Positions 61,758 to 64,000 of a stretch of DNA of 64,000 nucleotides are shown here, piece by piece. Under the pieces are notes generated by a model. The model did not search any database and was not told where the DNA came from. It worked only from the letters and a program-made list of their open reading frames with translations. The DNA is from Candidatus Eiseniibacteriota bacterium. GTDB lineage: Bacteria; Eisenbacteria; RBG-16-71-46; CAIMUX01; VGJL01. Location: contig CAWBWI010000001.1 of the NCBI GenBank assembly GCA_963792585.1, positions 1 to 64,000 on the forward strand. Reading direction: 5' to 3'. A program made the position numbers and the translations under genes. Within the stretch, counting starts at the first letter, position 1. Each line of letters starts with the position of its first letter.

Positions 61758-63581
61758 TCAGTCGAGGGCGAATTCCTCCATCCACTTCTTGTCCATCTCC
61801 GGGATCTCCTGCTCCTTCTTGTCGATCAGCCACGAGCCCAGGACGAGGTAGTCCATGTGGGTCCGCGTGAAGCAGCGGTATGCATCCTCGGGCGTGCAGA
61901 CGATCGGTTCGCCGCGGACGTTGAAGGAGGTGTTGACGATCACCGGGCAGCCGGTCTTCTCGTAGAAGCGCTCGATCAACCGGTGATAGCGCGGAGAGTC
62001 CTCCTTGGAGACCGTCTGGATCCGTGCCGAGTTGTCGACATGGGTGATGGCCGGAACCACCGATCGGATCACCTTGAGCTTGTCGAGACCGAAGAGCCCG
62101 TCCATCTTCGCGGGAAGCAAGCGATCCGGATGGACCTGGGCGACCAGCAGCATGTAGGGGCTGTCGGCGTCGAGCTGGAAGTACTCCGACGTTCGCTCCC
62201 TCAGAACGGAGGGGGCGAACGGGCGGAATGACTCCCGGAACTTGATCTTCAAGTTCATCTTGGTTTGCATGTCGCGACTGCGCGCATCGCCGATGATCGA
62301 TCGCTGGCCGAGCGCTCGGGGTCCGAACTCCATCCGGTCCTGGAACCATCCGATCACGTTCTCCTCGCAGATCAGATCGGCCACGCGATCGGCGAGGCTC
62401 TCGAAGTCGGCGAAACGCGTGGCCGTGATGCCGCGCTCGGCGATGAATCGTCCGATTTCCTCGTCATCGAATGCGGGGCCCAGGAGGGTGGCCTTCTGCA
62501 GGTCGCGACTCCCGTTGACGGTCCGCCCTCCGTTCAGGAGTTGATGGTGGACGAAGAGAGCCGCGCCAAGCGCCCCACCCGCGTCTCCCGCGGCCGGCTG
62601 GATCCAGATCTTATCGAATGGACCGTCCCTGAGAACCTGGCCGTTGGCGACGCAGTTGAGCGCCACGCCCCCCGCGAGGACAAGATTCTCGCATCCCGTT
62701 TGCGCGTGGGCATGGCGCGCCATCGCCATCATCACCTTTTCGGTCACCACCTGGACGGAGGCGGCCATGTCCATCTCGCGCTGGGTCAGTGCGCTCTCGG
62801 GCGCCCGGGGCGGTCCGCCGAAGAGCTGCGCGAAGCGCCCGTTGGTCATCCTCAATCCGGCGCAGTAGTCGAAGTAGCGGAGGTTCAGCTTGAATGAGCC
62901 GTCCTCGCGGATGTCGATCAACTCGCGCTCGATCAAATCGACGTACCGCGGCTCGCCGTAGGGAGCGAGCCCCATGAGCTTGTATTCGCCGCTGTTCACC
63001 TTGAACCCGGTGAAGTAGGTGAAGGCTGAATAGAGGAGCCCAAGGGAGTGCGGGAAGTGGATCTCCTTGAGGATCCGGATTCGATTGCCCTCTCCCAGGC
63101 CGAGGCTCGCGGTAGCCCACTCGCCGACCCCGTCGATCGTGAGGATCGCGGCCCTCTCGAACGGCGACGGGAAGAACGCGCTGGCCGCGTGCGATTCGTG
63201 ATGCTCGGTGAAGAGGATCTTTCCCTCGTAGTCGAGATCCTCGCGGATGTTCTCCCGGACCCAGAGCTTCTGTTTGAGCCAGAGCGGCATCGACTTGAGG
63301 AACGATGAGAGGCCCGCGGGCGCAAAGCGCAGATAGGTCTCGAGCAGCCGCTCGAACTTGAGGATCGGCTTGTCGTAGAAGACGACGTAGTCGAGATCGT
63401 GCGACCCCGAGAGACCCCCCTCCCGAAGGCAGTAGGCGATCGCGTTCCCCGGGAAGTTGTGATCGTGTTTCTTGCGGGTGAAGCGCTCTTCCTGAGCGGC
63501 GGCAACGATCTGGCCGTCGACCACAAGGCAGGCGGCGCTGTCGTGATAGTACGCGGATATCCCGAGGATCCTGCTGCTCAC
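61758..63581 (-). CDS. carbamoyltransferase (NodU/CmcH/SxtI family)
   Basis: ILGISAYYHDSAA, QEERFTRKKH, HHESHAASAF, EYKLMGLAPYG, EFGPRALG, KFRESFRPFAP, NTSFNVRGEPIV. Confidence 0.95.
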   Translation of the reverse strand: MSSRILGISAYYHDSAACLVVDGQIVAAAQEERFTRKKHDHNFPGNAIAYCLREGGLSGSHDLDYVVFYDKPILKFERLLETYLRFAPAGLSSFLKSMPLWLKQKLWVRENIREDLDYEGKILFTEHHESHAASAFFPSPFERAAILTIDGVGEWATASLGLGEGNRIRILKEIHFPHSLGLLYSAFTYFTGFKVNSGEYKLMGLAPYGEPRYVDLIERELIDIREDGSFKLNLRYFDYCAGLRMTNGRFAQLFGGPPRAPESALTQREMDMAASVQVVTEKVMMAMARHAHAQTGCENLVLAGGVALNCVANGQVLRDGPFDKIWIQPAAGDAGGALGAALFVHHQLLNGGRTVNGSRDLQKATLLGPAFDDEEIGRFIAERGITATRFADFESLADRVADLICEENVIGWFQDRMEFGPRALGQRSIIGDARSRDMQTKMNLKIKFRESFRPFAPSVLRERTSEYFQLDADSPYMLLVAQVHPDRLLPAKMDGLFGLDKLKVIRSVVPAITHVDNSARIQTVSKEDSPRYHRLIERFYEKTGCPVIVNTSFNVRGEPIVCTPEDAYRCFTRTHMDYLVLGSWLIDKKEQEIPEMDKKWMEEFALD

Positions 63582-63696
63582 GATCGAAACCCCATGCGAA
63601 CAATCGTATCAGCCGGCGACGGAACGGAAAAGGGATCTTCGAGGCAGGGGGACTGCGCGGAGGGAGCGGACGCAGATCCGGACTTTCACAAGCGAT

Positions 63697-63728
63697 GAGC
63701 CCCATCCCCCGGGTGGGGGACGGGGCTC
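63697..63728. terminator. hairpin downstream of the FlgD-domain gene
   Basis: GAGCCCCATCCCCC / GGGGGACGGGGCTC. Confidence 0.5.
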
Positions 63729-63778
63729 CTTCGTTCGAGGGGATCGGGCAGCCGGAGAGGCGGCCCGATCGACTCTTC

Positions 63779-64000
63779 CTACTTGATCAAGAGCATCCGC
63801 GCGCTGTGGGTCCTGCCTTCCGACTCGAGTCGGCAGAAGTAAATCCCGGCCGCGACGGCACGGCCCGAATCGTCGGTGCCGTCCCAGCGCACATTGTGAT
63901 CTCCTGCCTTCAAGGAGCCGCGGGCGAGATTGCGCACGCGACGTCCCGTTCCGTCATAGACCGCGAGCGACACCGATCCCTCCTGCGCGAGGCGGAAGCG
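63779..64000 (-). CDS. C-terminal FlgD-Ig / sorting domain of a secreted protein (partial)
   Basis: LAVYDGTGRRVRNL...WDGTDDSGRAVAAGIYFCRL. Confidence 0.85.
   Translation of the reverse strand, partial: RFRLAQEGSVSLAVYDGTGRRVRNLARGSLKAGDHNVRWDGTDDSGRAVAAGIYFCRLESEGRTHSARMLLIK

Noticed and set aside
59876..63581. Saxitoxin biosynthesis
   Set aside because: Only sxtI/J/K/L-like accessory homologues are present, with no sxtA, sxtG or other core genes in the window.

Overview
The window looks like two unrelated bacterial segments joined at about 9353. Segment A (1-9353) has visibly lower GC, many single-base frameshifts and Acidobacteria-like gene content (inferred). It encodes a TolB-like/TPR protein tail, a dual-specificity phosphatase, a neutral Zn-peptidase, a VIT-vWA protein, a nested-palindrome REP/MITE-like element, and an extended sigma factor / double-zinc-finger anti-sigma / WD40 module. 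Three consecutive genes share an ECF-type promoter motif. Segment B (9354-64000) is GC-rich, and its TWGxIK and FlgD-type C-terminal motifs suggest an Eisenbacteria/FCB-like organism (inferred). It contains, in order: a polysaccharide locus; manC, a SPOR lipoprotein, galT and glgA; a small Cys-rich secreted protein with an in-frame TGA at a Cys position; and a nine-gene lipid-biosynthesis operon (reductase, BtaA-like, lipoprotein, CDP-alcohol phosphotransferase, fold-III PLP decarboxylase, two GNATs, DAG kinase, CdsA), the best candidate for an undescribed system. After that come a ~7.7 kb mosaic island bounded by a synonymous-variant duplication of the cdsA 3' end, two sigma54 two-component systems (one with a di-heme sensor, divergent from a multiheme cytochrome/NrfC/NrfD-like operon), rubrerythrin, lysC, tRNA-Gly and tRNA-Cys, and an sxtI/J/K-like carbamoyltransferase module. 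No CRISPR array, rRNA or intact integrase was seen. All family calls come from motif recognition by eye, without database searches.
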